Shown here: one piece after another, positions 9,201-17,448 of the stretch | Layout: every line of letters starts with the position of its first letter | Position numbering within the stretch: position 1 is the stretch's first letter | Assembly (NCBI GenBank): GCA_035288805.1 | Contig: DATDZG010000023.1 | Location: 15,669 to 79,668, forward strand | Origin: Candidatus Nanoarchaeia archaeon | GTDB taxonomy: Archaea > Nanobdellota > Nanobdellia > SCGC-AAA011-G17 > GW2011-AR20 | Direction of reading: 5' to 3' | DNA length: 64,000 nt | Notes under the pieces: model-generated | Told to the model about the DNA's origin: nothing | The model's database searches: none | What the model saw: only the letters and a program-made list of their open reading frames with translations | Program-made: the position numbers and the translations under genes

Positions 9201-9809
9201 TTAGAATTTCCATTCCAATCCCGCAGCAACACCTGTTTTCTCTTTCATTTTAAATCCACTATATCTCCCTTCAACAACCCCGTACAATCCTTTTCTTATT
9301 CTTTTCCCCGCTTGAAGTTCAGCAACAATATTCCCATGTTTAATGTTCCAATCCAAGAATCCTTCTGCATAAAGACCTTTTATAAACTCCCTATGCCCAT
9401 AAATTCCAACCTGCATCCCAACATCGTTATTTGCAAAAGGGTATAATTTTACTCCAGGCAGCCCCATTCCAGGCTCGTAAACAACACCAGTTCTGAAAAC
9501 ATTGGGCTTGCCGAATTGTTTGTTTAACTCAATTGCAACGCCTAATCCACAAACATTCTTTCTTGCAAATTTCACTTCTGCATAAGGGAGTTGCAGATTA
9601 TCTCTATTTTCACTGGGAGCGATTGATTCAACGAATCCAAAAGTATCAAACCATCCAAGTTTACCTCCACCCGTTAAACTCAATGTTGAATAATCTCTTG
9701 AGTCATGCTGTACAGTAGTTTTTGCCCACATTCCCGCATCAGTCTCTCTGGCTAGTAAAACCCCGGCGATTAATACGCCAATTCCTAATTTTCTGATTTT
9801 AATCTTCAT
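9201..9809 (-). CDS. secreted beta-strand-rich protein resembling bacterial outer-membrane beta-barrels (signal peptide, alternating hydrophobic pattern, C-terminal …LEWKF)
   Basis: N-terminal signal-like MKIKIRKLGIGVLIAGVLLA. Terminal aromatic Phe and dyad-repeat hydrophobicity. Confidence 0.5.
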   Translation of the reverse strand: MKIKIRKLGIGVLIAGVLLARETDAGMWAKTTVQHDSRDYSTLSLTGGGKLGWFDTFGFVESIAPSENRDNLQLPYAEVKFARKNVCGLGVAIELNKQFGKPNVFRTGVVYEPGMGLPGVKLYPFANNDVGMQVGIYGHREFIKGLYAEGFLDWNIKHGNIVAELQAGKRIRKGLYGVVEGRYSGFKMKEKTGVAAGLEWKF

Positions 9810-9878
9810 CTTTACCTCCTAATCATTGATATATATTTACTATAAAGTAGTAAAGAAATATATGATATTTAAGCATTA

Positions 9879-9900
9879 ACTCTCCAATATTAGAGAGTTA
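9879..9900. promoter_or_regulatory. near-perfect 22-nt palindrome AACTCTCcaatattagGAGAGTT ~40 nt upstream of the TrmB-like regulator gene (candidate operator)
   Basis: Inverted repeat visible directly. Lies in the AT-rich promoter region of 9938-10660. Confidence 0.3.
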
Positions 9901-9937
9901 TAGAAAGCTTTAAGAAAAACAAGATTAGCTAAATAAT

Positions 9938-10660
9938 ATGGACATTTCAGCATTAGAAGATTTAGGATTAAGCAAGGGTGAAAGCAAAGTTTATCTTAGA
10001 TTATTAGAACTAGGAACCACGAAGGTCGGTACAGTTATAGAAAAAACCGGCATGGCGAGCTCTGCAGTTCATAATTCTTTAAACATCTTATTGGAAAAAG
10101 GTTGCATTTCATATATAAAAAAAGGAAAAATAAAATATTATCAAGCAACCAATCCCAAATATTTTTTAAATGTCATCGAAGAAAAAAAGAAAAACTTCCA
10201 GAAAATTCTGCCGGAACTAATTCAAAAGCAAAAACCGAGGGAGAAAAACGAAGCAGAAATTTACATAGGATTTAAGGGTGTTACAAACATGCTCTCAGAA
10301 ATGGTCGAAGATGGTAAAAAAAATGATGAATATGTGTTCTTCTCAGCCGACATCGAATTCATGAACAAAGAAATACAAGATTTTTTCAGAAAATTTGACC
10401 CAAAAAGAAAGGAAAAAGGATTAACAACAAGAGCCCTAGCCCCATTAAAATTGAAGAAATATTATGAATCGAGGGCAAAAAAAGGATTTTTTGAAGTAAG
10501 ATATACAACCCAGCCTCTCCCACCAAATATGGCTATATTCAAAGATAAAATCTCTTTATTAACATGGGGGGAGAAACCAGTTGCATTTTTGATACATTCC
10601 ACCCAACTAGCTGAAATCTACAAGAGATTCTTCAATCTGCTCTGGGAGAAATATAAGTGA
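9938..10660 (+). CDS. TrmB-family transcriptional regulator (N-terminal wHTH)
   Basis: LGLSKGESKVYLRLLELGTTKVGTVIEKTGMASSAVHNSLNILLEKG matches the TrmB HTH signature. Confidence 0.7.
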   Translation: MDISALEDLGLSKGESKVYLRLLELGTTKVGTVIEKTGMASSAVHNSLNILLEKGCISYIKKGKIKYYQATNPKYFLNVIEEKKKNFQKILPELIQKQKPREKNEAEIYIGFKGVTNMLSEMVEDGKKNDEYVFFSADIEFMNKEIQDFFRKFDPKRKEKGLTTRALAPLKLKKYYESRAKKGFFEVRYTTQPLPPNMAIFKDKISLLTWGEKPVAFLIHSTQLAEIYKRFFNLLWEKYK

Positions 10661-10695
10661 AAAGGTTTAAAAAAGAAGAGGTATAAAGAGTTACA

Positions 10696-12468
10696 ATGTT
10701 CCCAACATCATTCAGAACAAATACATGCGGAGAATTGAATTCTAAATCAACCAACAAGCAGGTAAAGCTCTGCGGCTGGGTTTCAACCCGAAGAGACCAT
10801 GGGGGAATAATCTTCATAGACCTAAGAGACAGATACGGAATAACTCAAATTGTTTTTGACCCTGCATTCAACAAAGAAACAACTTCGCTGGCTTCCACAT
10901 TAAGAAGAGAAGACTGCATTCAGGTTCTTGGAACAGTAAAGGCAAGAAAAAAAGGCATGGAAAATAAAAACTTGCAAACAGGAGAGATTGAGGTTTTCAG
11001 CAGTTCCTTAAATATCATCAGCAAATCAGAAACACCCCCAATAGAAATCGATGACAGAATCATAGCAAAAGAAGATACAAGGTTAAAATATCGTTATTTA
11101 GATTTACGAAGACCAATCATGCAGCGCAATATTCTATTCAAAAGCAAGGTTCTTCAAGAAGTAAGAAAATATTTTATAGCAAATGGTTTTGTAGAAATTC
11201 AAACCCCTTTATTAGTGAAACCAACACCGGAAGGAGCCCGTGATTATATTGTTCCAAGTAGAGTCAACCCAGGAAAATTCTACGCATTACCCCAAAGCCC
11301 TCAATTATACAAGCAAATCCTAATGATTTCAGGATTCGATAGATATTTCCAGGCTCCAGCTCCTTGTTTACGAGATGAAGATTTAAGAGCAGACAGACAG
11401 CCAGAGCATAATCAGATAGATTTAGAAATGTCCTTCGTATCATCCCAAGACATAAGAGAGTTCATAGAATCTTTCTACAAACATTTATTCAAGGAAATAT
11501 TAAAAATTAAATTAGAAAAGTTCCCAGTCCTAACTTATCAAGAATGTATAGACAAATATGGCAATGATAAGCCAGATTTAAGATTCAAACTAGAATTAAC
11601 AGAAGTATCAGAAATTGTCAAAGACTCAGAATTTTCAGTGTTCAAAGATGTAATAAAAAACAAAGGAATTGTCAAATGTATCAATCCTGAAAAAGAGTTC
11701 ACAAGAACGGATTTGGAGTCATTAACAGAATTTTGCATCAAAGCAGGTGCAAAGGGAATGGCTTACCTCCAATTCAAAAACAATAAATTAGAAGGAAGCA
11801 TCTCAAAATATCTCTCAGAAAAAATCCAGAAAGAATTAATAAAAGCAACAGGTGCAAAAAAAGGCTACTTATTATTCATAGCAGACAAACCAAAGAAAAC
11901 AAACTCAGTTTTATCAGAGTTAAGAAATAAACTTGGAAAAGAACTAGGATTAATCAAAGAAAATGATTTCAAATTCCTATGGATTGTAGATTTTCCATTA
12001 TTTAGTTATAACGAAGATTCACAATCCTGGGAGCCAGAGCATCACATGTTCACGAGTCCAAAACCAGAGCATTTAAAGTTCTTGGAATCAGACCCTGGAA
12101 AAGTTCTCGGTGATTTATACGACATAGTATTAAACGGCACAGAATTAGGCTCAGGTTCAATAAGAATCAACCGTCCAGAAATCCAGGAAGAAGTAATGAA
12201 AATTATTGGCATGACACATGAACAAGCCCACAAGAAATTCGGATTCCTTCTCAACGCATATAACTACGCAGGTCCTGTTCATGGAGGTATGGGATTAGGA
12301 TTTGATAGATTAGTTGCTTTAATGCTCGGCTATAATGATATCAGAGAGGTTATTGCATTTCCAAAAAACAAAGAAGCTCAAAATCCAATGGATGATTGTC
12401 CAGCAGAAGTTGATGAAAAGCAGTTGAAAGAAACACATATCAAGCTTAATCTGGAGAAAAAGAAATAA
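10696..12468 (+). CDS. aspS: aspartyl-tRNA synthetase, bacterial type (590 aa with GAD insertion), probably non-discriminating
   Basis: N-terminus …CGELNSKSTNKQVKLCGWVSTRRDHGGIIFIDLRDRYGITQIVFDP. Class II motifs present. gatCAB lies downstream. Confidence 0.9.
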   Translation: MFPTSFRTNTCGELNSKSTNKQVKLCGWVSTRRDHGGIIFIDLRDRYGITQIVFDPAFNKETTSLASTLRREDCIQVLGTVKARKKGMENKNLQTGEIEVFSSSLNIISKSETPPIEIDDRIIAKEDTRLKYRYLDLRRPIMQRNILFKSKVLQEVRKYFIANGFVEIQTPLLVKPTPEGARDYIVPSRVNPGKFYALPQSPQLYKQILMISGFDRYFQAPAPCLRDEDLRADRQPEHNQIDLEMSFVSSQDIREFIESFYKHLFKEILKIKLEKFPVLTYQECIDKYGNDKPDLRFKLELTEVSEIVKDSEFSVFKDVIKNKGIVKCINPEKEFTRTDLESLTEFCIKAGAKGMAYLQFKNNKLEGSISKYLSEKIQKELIKATGAKKGYLLFIADKPKKTNSVLSELRNKLGKELGLIKENDFKFLWIVDFPLFSYNEDSQSWEPEHHMFTSPKPEHLKFLESDPGKVLGDLYDIVLNGTELGSGSIRINRPEIQEEVMKIIGMTHEQAHKKFGFLLNAYNYAGPVHGGMGLGFDRLVALMLGYNDIREVIAFPKNKEAQNPMDDCPAEVDEKQLKETHIKLNLEKKK

Positions 12469-12504
12469 GTTAATTATTTAAAGCTTAAAAGTGTAGCTTG
12501 TTCT

Positions 12505-12801
12505 ATGAAATCTAAAAAACTCAAACTCAAAAAAAGTACATTAATCAAGATTATTAAAATACTTAGAAGGTATGATGTAAAAAAAGCAGGTATATTCGGC
12601 AGCTATGCAAGAGGAGAAGCTGGAAAAAGAAGTGATATTGATATATTAGTCCAGCCACCTAGAGGAATGGGACTTGAATTTGTTGGAATGAAACTTGAGT
12701 TAGAAGAAAAACTGGGTAAAAAAGTGGATTTAGTTACCTACAAATACATTCACCCCTATCTAAAAAAATATATTTTAGCTGACCATATAAGGATATTATG
12801 A
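12505..12801 (+). CDS. minimal nucleotidyltransferase (MNT/MntA-like antitoxin)
   Basis: GIFGSYARGEAGKRSDIDILV motif. ATGA overlap with the downstream ORF. Confidence 0.75.
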   Translation: MKSKKLKLKKSTLIKIIKILRRYDVKKAGIFGSYARGEAGKRSDIDILVQPPRGMGLEFVGMKLELEEKLGKKVDLVTYKYIHPYLKKYILADHIRIL

Positions 12802-12938
12802 ACAAACACAAAGATTTACCTTACCTGAAGCATATCAGAGACGCAATCAATGATATTCCAAAATTAAAGAAAGAAATTCTAAAGATTCTCAAAGAGTTTG
12901 AAAATCAGGAAAAAAACAAAAAGAGGGCAAAAGAATGA
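12798..12938 (+). pseudogene. 46-aa remnant resembling the N-terminus of a HepT/DUF86 HEPN toxin (lacks the Rx4HxY region)
   Basis: MNKHKDLPYLKHIRDAINDI… resembles the DUF86 N-terminus. Sits between the MNT gene and gatC, with ATGA overlaps on both sides. Confidence 0.35.
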
Positions 12939-13219
12939 ACCTAGACAAAGAATTAATAAAAAAAGTTGCTAAAAATTCAAGATTGGAATTAACCGAGGAA
13001 GAAATCAAAGAATTCTTGCCTCAATTAAAAGAAATCTTGTCTTCATTCTCCAAGTTGCAGGAATTAGACACGGAAAAAGTAAAGCCTTCATTCCAGCCTT
13101 TAGAAATAAAAAATATTCTTAGAGAGGATAAACCATTGCCATGCAAATCCCAAGAAGAGATTCTCTCAAACACAAATCTAAAACAAGATGGTTATTTTAA
13201 GGGACCTAAGGCGTTGTAA
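12935..13219 (+). CDS. gatC: Asp/Glu-tRNA amidotransferase subunit C
   Basis: 94 aa. …VAKNSRLELTEEEIKEFLPQLKEIL… is typical of GatC. Lies upstream of gatA and gatB. Confidence 0.75.
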   Translation: MNLDKELIKKVAKNSRLELTEEEIKEFLPQLKEILSSFSKLQELDTEKVKPSFQPLEIKNILREDKPLPCKSQEEILSNTNLKQDGYFKGPKAL

Positions 13220-13271
13220 CATATAGAACATTAATCTAAAACCTTAAAAATACCTCCATCTTATTAAAAGT

Positions 13272-13631
13272 ATGGAAGAAATAAAAAGATGGTTAAATCA
13301 AGCTGAAAGAGATTTGACCACTGCGAACAACAGCTTCAAAAGCAAAGATTATTATGCTGCTGCATATTGGGCTCAACAGGTTGCTGAAAAAGCTTTGAAA
13401 GCATTACTCATTAAAAATACCGGTCAATTCCCAAAAATTCATGAACTCACAAGACTTGCCAAGCTAGCAAATGCTCCATCTAATATCATAGATTTATGTG
13501 CAAAAATAAATCCTTCTTATACAGATTCACGTTATCCCGATTCTTTTAAACCATATTCCAAAAAAGAAAGTAGAGAAACTTTAGAGTATACAAAAGAGGT
13601 GCTGAAATGGACAAAAGAAAATCTCAAATAA
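13272..13631 (+). CDS. HEPN domain protein
   Basis: …YYAAAYWAQQVAEKALKALLI…HELTRL… is canonical HEPN. Overlaps the following MNT gene. Confidence 0.75.
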   Translation: MEEIKRWLNQAERDLTTANNSFKSKDYYAAAYWAQQVAEKALKALLIKNTGQFPKIHELTRLAKLANAPSNIIDLCAKINPSYTDSRYPDSFKPYSKKESRETLEYTKEVLKWTKENLK

Positions 13632-13930
13632 TCCAAAAATTAAAAAATTTCAAGAAAATGGCATCTACAGAAGTAGTCCCTATAGATGAAATGTATTTCT
13701 TCGGCTCAAGAGCATCAGGAAAGCCGCATAAATACAGCGATATTGATGTAATTCTGGTTTCAAAAAAATTCAAAGGAAAAGGACATCTTGAAAGGGCTCC
13801 AAAGTTTTATGTTAAATGGAATCTTGATTACCCTGTAGATTTTCTTTGCTATACTCCTCAAGAGTTTAATAAATTAAAGAAACAAGTTTCAATTGTCAGA
13901 GAAGCAATACAACATGGAATTAAAATATGA
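13607..13930 (+). CDS. minimal nucleotidyltransferase (MNT) partner of the HEPN protein
   Basis: FFGSRASGKPHKYSDIDVILV motif. Confidence 0.75.
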   Translation: MDKRKSQIIQKLKNFKKMASTEVVPIDEMYFFGSRASGKPHKYSDIDVILVSKKFKGKGHLERAPKFYVKWNLDYPVDFLCYTPQEFNKLKKQVSIVREAIQHGIKI

Positions 13931-13933
13931 TTC

Positions 13934-14128
13934 TTAAAAGTAAACAAAGCCATCCTTCCAGCCATTGGAAATAAAAAACATCCTCAGAGAATACACGCCA
14001 TTGAAATCTCCAATCGAACCTGATTTACCAACATCAACCCCTCTTACTTTATCCCCAAAGTATTGCTGACATCCGGAGATAAACAGTACTGCAAAAACTA
14101 AAAGAACAATCAACCCTCTTTTACTCAT
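13934..14128 (-). CDS. small secreted/lipoprotein-like peptide (hypothetical)
   Basis: 64 aa with an N-terminal hydrophobic segment and an ISGC lipobox-like motif. Confidence 0.35.
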   Translation of the reverse strand: MSKRGLIVLLVFAVLFISGCQQYFGDKVRGVDVGKSGSIGDFNGVYSLRMFFISNGWKDGFVYF

Positions 14129-14193
14129 AATTTATGAATAATAAAAGGATATTTAAATTCTATTGTTTTCCTAGTAAGAAGAGTGGTTGCCTT

Positions 14194-14226
14194 GGGTTGA
14201 TAAGGGAACCGCTGGGAACCCTTATA
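14194..14226 (+). repeat. Family-C hairpin element gggttgaTAAGGG-aaccgctgggaa-CCCTTAt, directly abutting the gatA start codon
   Basis: Stem taaggg/ccctta with a 12-nt loop. Related copies at 43584-43616, 44889-44912 and 63661-63731. Confidence 0.45.
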
Positions 14227-15602
14227 TGCAAATCCAGGAATACATTAAAAAAGTTCAAAATAAAGAAATCTCTCCAGTAAAAACAATCAAAGCAATTCTC
14301 AAAGAAGCAAAAGAAACCAACAAGGAATATAGATACTTCAACACATTCTCAGAAGAACTTGCTTTAGAATTAGCAGAAGCCCAAGAAAAACAGCCAAAAG
14401 GAAAACTCGCAGGTTTGCCAGTCTCAATCAAAGATTGCATCTGCGTAAAAGGTGTAGAATCCACAGCAGGAAGCTATATCTTAAAAGGTTACAAGCCATT
14501 TTTTAACGCAACAGTAATTGATAAATTAATACAAGAAGGTGCAATAATTATAGGAAAAACCTCTCAAGATGAATTCGGATTTGGTTCTTTCAACACAAAC
14601 ATATCAATTGACAGACTCCCTCCAAAAAATCCAATAGACAAAAACAGAGTTACAGGCGGTTCATCAGGCGGTTCAGCCGGTTTCACAGCAATCACCCAGC
14701 ACCCCCACGTATCAATAGCAGAATCCACAGGAGGTTCAATTTCCTCACCATCATCTTTCTGCGGAGTTTCTGGTTTAACACCAACTTATGGTTTAATTTC
14801 AAGATATGGATTAATAGATTACGCAAACTCATTAGATAAAATTGGTATAATGGCAAAATCTTCTTTAGAAATCCAACCAATCCTAGATGTCATCAAAGGC
14901 AATGACAAGAAAGATTCAACATCATTAACCCAAGATATAAGCAAAAACAAAGAAGTTAAAAAAATAGCAATAATAAAAGAATCATTAAACATTGATAAAG
15001 AAGTAAAATCAATCATCCTAGAAAGTTTAAAAGAAAAAAATATCAAATACGAATTAATCTCTTTGCCTTTAACAGAAAAATACTCACTAGCAACTTATTA
15101 CATTATAGCAATGTCAGAAGCATCAACAAATCTGGCAAAATACTCAGGAATTAGATATGGCCTGCAAGAAGAACTCAAAGGAAATTTTGATGAATATTTT
15201 TCTAAAATCAGGTCAAAAGCATTCAATAAAGAATCTAAAAGAAGGATTATCTTGGGAACATTTGCAAGAATGTCAGGATTCCGAGACCAATATTACTTAA
15301 AAGCAATGAAAGTAAGAACCTTAATAATTGAAGAATACAAAAATGCTTTCAAAAAATACGACTTATTATTATCACCAACAATGCCCATCATCGCTCCAAA
15401 GTTCTCCGAGGTCAATAAACTAACACCGATGCAAAATTACATGATGGATATTTTAACCGTTGGTCCAAACTTAGCAGGCTTGCCACATTTATCAGTCAAC
15501 ATAGGATTCCAAAAGAAAATGCCTATAGGGTTGCAAATAATCAGCAATCATCTAAATGAAAACAAACTCTTCACAATAGGAGAAAAAATCGAGGATAATT
15601 AA
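14226..15602 (+). CDS. gatA: Glu/Asp-tRNA amidotransferase subunit A (amidase family)
   Basis: Amidase signature GGSSGGSAG and KDCICVKGVESTAGS. Start placed at ATG 14226; the ORF is open from 14187, but those codons are the family-C hairpin. Confidence 0.85.
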   Translation: MQIQEYIKKVQNKEISPVKTIKAILKEAKETNKEYRYFNTFSEELALELAEAQEKQPKGKLAGLPVSIKDCICVKGVESTAGSYILKGYKPFFNATVIDKLIQEGAIIIGKTSQDEFGFGSFNTNISIDRLPPKNPIDKNRVTGGSSGGSAGFTAITQHPHVSIAESTGGSISSPSSFCGVSGLTPTYGLISRYGLIDYANSLDKIGIMAKSSLEIQPILDVIKGNDKKDSTSLTQDISKNKEVKKIAIIKESLNIDKEVKSIILESLKEKNIKYELISLPLTEKYSLATYYIIAMSEASTNLAKYSGIRYGLQEELKGNFDEYFSKIRSKAFNKESKRRIILGTFARMSGFRDQYYLKAMKVRTLIIEEYKNAFKKYDLLLSPTMPIIAPKFSEVNKLTPMQNYMMDILTVGPNLAGLPHLSVNIGFQKKMPIGLQIISNHLNENKLFTIGEKIEDN

Positions 15603-16028
15603 ATGGAACATCTCGCAATTATGAAAAAATCCTGGAAGTTGACAGAGAAGATAGTTACAGGAGAAAAGAAAATCGAATCTCGCTGGTATAAACAAAAACG
15701 AGCACCATGGGATAAAATCAAAGCAGGAGATAGAATCTATTTCAAAGATTCAGGCGAGCCTGTAAGTATTTTGGCAACAGCAGAAAAAATACTGCAATTT
15801 CAAGATTTAAATCCAAAGAAGGTAAAAGAAATAATAACAAAGTATGGAAAAGCGATTGCTTTCCAAAATCCAGAAGCATCATTCAACATGAACAAGGACA
15901 AAAAATATTGTATGTTAATTTATCTAAAAAATCCGAAAAAAATCCAACCATTCAACATAGACAAAAAAGGCTTTGGCAGCATGTCTGCTTGGATTTCTCT
16001 AAATTCCATAGAGGAGATAAGAAAATGA
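15603..16028 (+). CDS. ASCH-domain protein, translationally coupled between gatA and gatB
   Basis: …GEKKIESRWY…GDRIYF… is ASCH-like. Start abuts the gatA stop, and the stop overlaps the gatB start (ATGA). Confidence 0.65.
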   Translation: MEHLAIMKKSWKLTEKIVTGEKKIESRWYKQKRAPWDKIKAGDRIYFKDSGEPVSILATAEKILQFQDLNPKKVKEIITKYGKAIAFQNPEASFNMNKDKKYCMLIYLKNPKKIQPFNIDKKGFGSMSAWISLNSIEEIRK

Positions 16029-17371
16029 AAATAGGCTTAGAAATACATTGTCAGATTAATACTAAAACTAAAGCATTCTGCTCTTGCCCAACACAAGGAA
16101 ACGAGCAACCAAACACAAGATGCTGTGAAATCTGCACAGGTCAGCCAGGAAGCAAACCATCACTAAACAAAGAGGCTCTCTGGAAAGCTCTAAAAGTTGC
16201 AAAAGCATTAAATTGCATTATCAACAAAACAAACTTCTTCTCAAGAAAATCTTATTTTTACCCGGATTTAGCAAAAAACTACCAAATCTCTCAATACGAA
16301 TTGCCATTAGCAATCCACGGAGATTTCCAAGGAATAAAAATCTCTAGGATTCATTTAGAAGAAGACCCAGGTGCATTGATTCATAAAGAAAATTATTGTC
16401 TAATAGACTATAACAGGTCAGGAATTCCTTTAATAGAAGTTGTAACAGAACCAGATATTGAATCTCCAAAACAAGCAAGAGAATTCTTAAAGCAATTAAT
16501 CACTGTCTTAGAATACTTAGAGGTCTATGATAAAAAATCAGAAGCAACTCTAAAAGCGGATTTAAATATTTCAACAACAGGAGAAAAAGTAGAAATAAAA
16601 AATGTCAATGGATTGCAGGATATCGAATTAGCATTAGAATACGAAGGCAATAGACAATTAAAGCAGCCAGCAAAGCAGCAAGAAACCAGAGGTTGGAATT
16701 CAGAGTCAAGAACAACTTTCTTACAAAGAACAAAAGAATCAGAAGCTGATTATGGTTATATTGCCGAGCCTGATTTGCCTATAATCGTCCTCTCCGAAGG
16801 AGAGCTTGCCTTAATAAAAATCCCAGAACTGGCAACAGAAAAATCATCAAGATTCCAGAAAAGCTACAAAATAGACAAAGCAGATGCAGAAGTACTGTCA
16901 AAAAATAAAAAATTAGCAGATTTATTTGAACAAGTCTCAAAAAAAGTCTCTGCAGAAATAGCCTCAAAATGGGTTATAAGAGACATTGTTAAACAGTGCA
17001 ACATTACAAAAAAACGCATCGAAGACCTAAACATCAAACCCCAAAATATTATCGAACTCTTATCTCTATTCGAGAAAAAACAAATAACAGATAACACTGC
17101 TAAAGAAATATTAAGAAAGTTAGTGGAAGAATCTCCATTCTCCCCAGAAGAATACATTCGCAGGAATAATCTCTTAATGAAATCTGATAATAGCAAATTA
17201 GAATCTTGGTGTAAAGAAGCAATCAAGCAATCACCAGAAGCAGTGCAGGAATATAAATCAGGCAACCAAAAATCATTAAACTTCATCATGGGAAAAGTGA
17301 TGCAGCTATCAAACAAAACAGCCAACCCTCAAGAGGTAGTAAAAACCCTGAAAAGACTTATAAATAAGTAA
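16025..17371 (+). CDS. gatB: Asp/Glu-tRNA amidotransferase subunit B
   Basis: MKIGLEIHCQINTKTKAFCSCP… is the classic GatB/E N-terminus. A C-terminal YqeY-like tail is present. Confidence 0.85.
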   Translation: MKIGLEIHCQINTKTKAFCSCPTQGNEQPNTRCCEICTGQPGSKPSLNKEALWKALKVAKALNCIINKTNFFSRKSYFYPDLAKNYQISQYELPLAIHGDFQGIKISRIHLEEDPGALIHKENYCLIDYNRSGIPLIEVVTEPDIESPKQAREFLKQLITVLEYLEVYDKKSEATLKADLNISTTGEKVEIKNVNGLQDIELALEYEGNRQLKQPAKQQETRGWNSESRTTFLQRTKESEADYGYIAEPDLPIIVLSEGELALIKIPELATEKSSRFQKSYKIDKADAEVLSKNKKLADLFEQVSKKVSAEIASKWVIRDIVKQCNITKKRIEDLNIKPQNIIELLSLFEKKQITDNTAKEILRKLVEESPFSPEEYIRRNNLLMKSDNSKLESWCKEAIKQSPEAVQEYKSGNQKSLNFIMGKVMQLSNKTANPQEVVKTLKRLINK

Positions 17372-17448
17372 GTACTATCATCGTAATCACTTTCTTTTTC
17401 CCGAGGGTTTTTCTTTGGGAAAGAAAAAGGCTCAGAGGTGGTAAATCA

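Noticed and set aside
14187-14225. Upstream extension of gatA (MPWVDKGTAGNPY…)
   Set aside because: These 13 codons are exactly the family-C hairpin element also found in non-coding positions. The ATG at 14226 is preferred.
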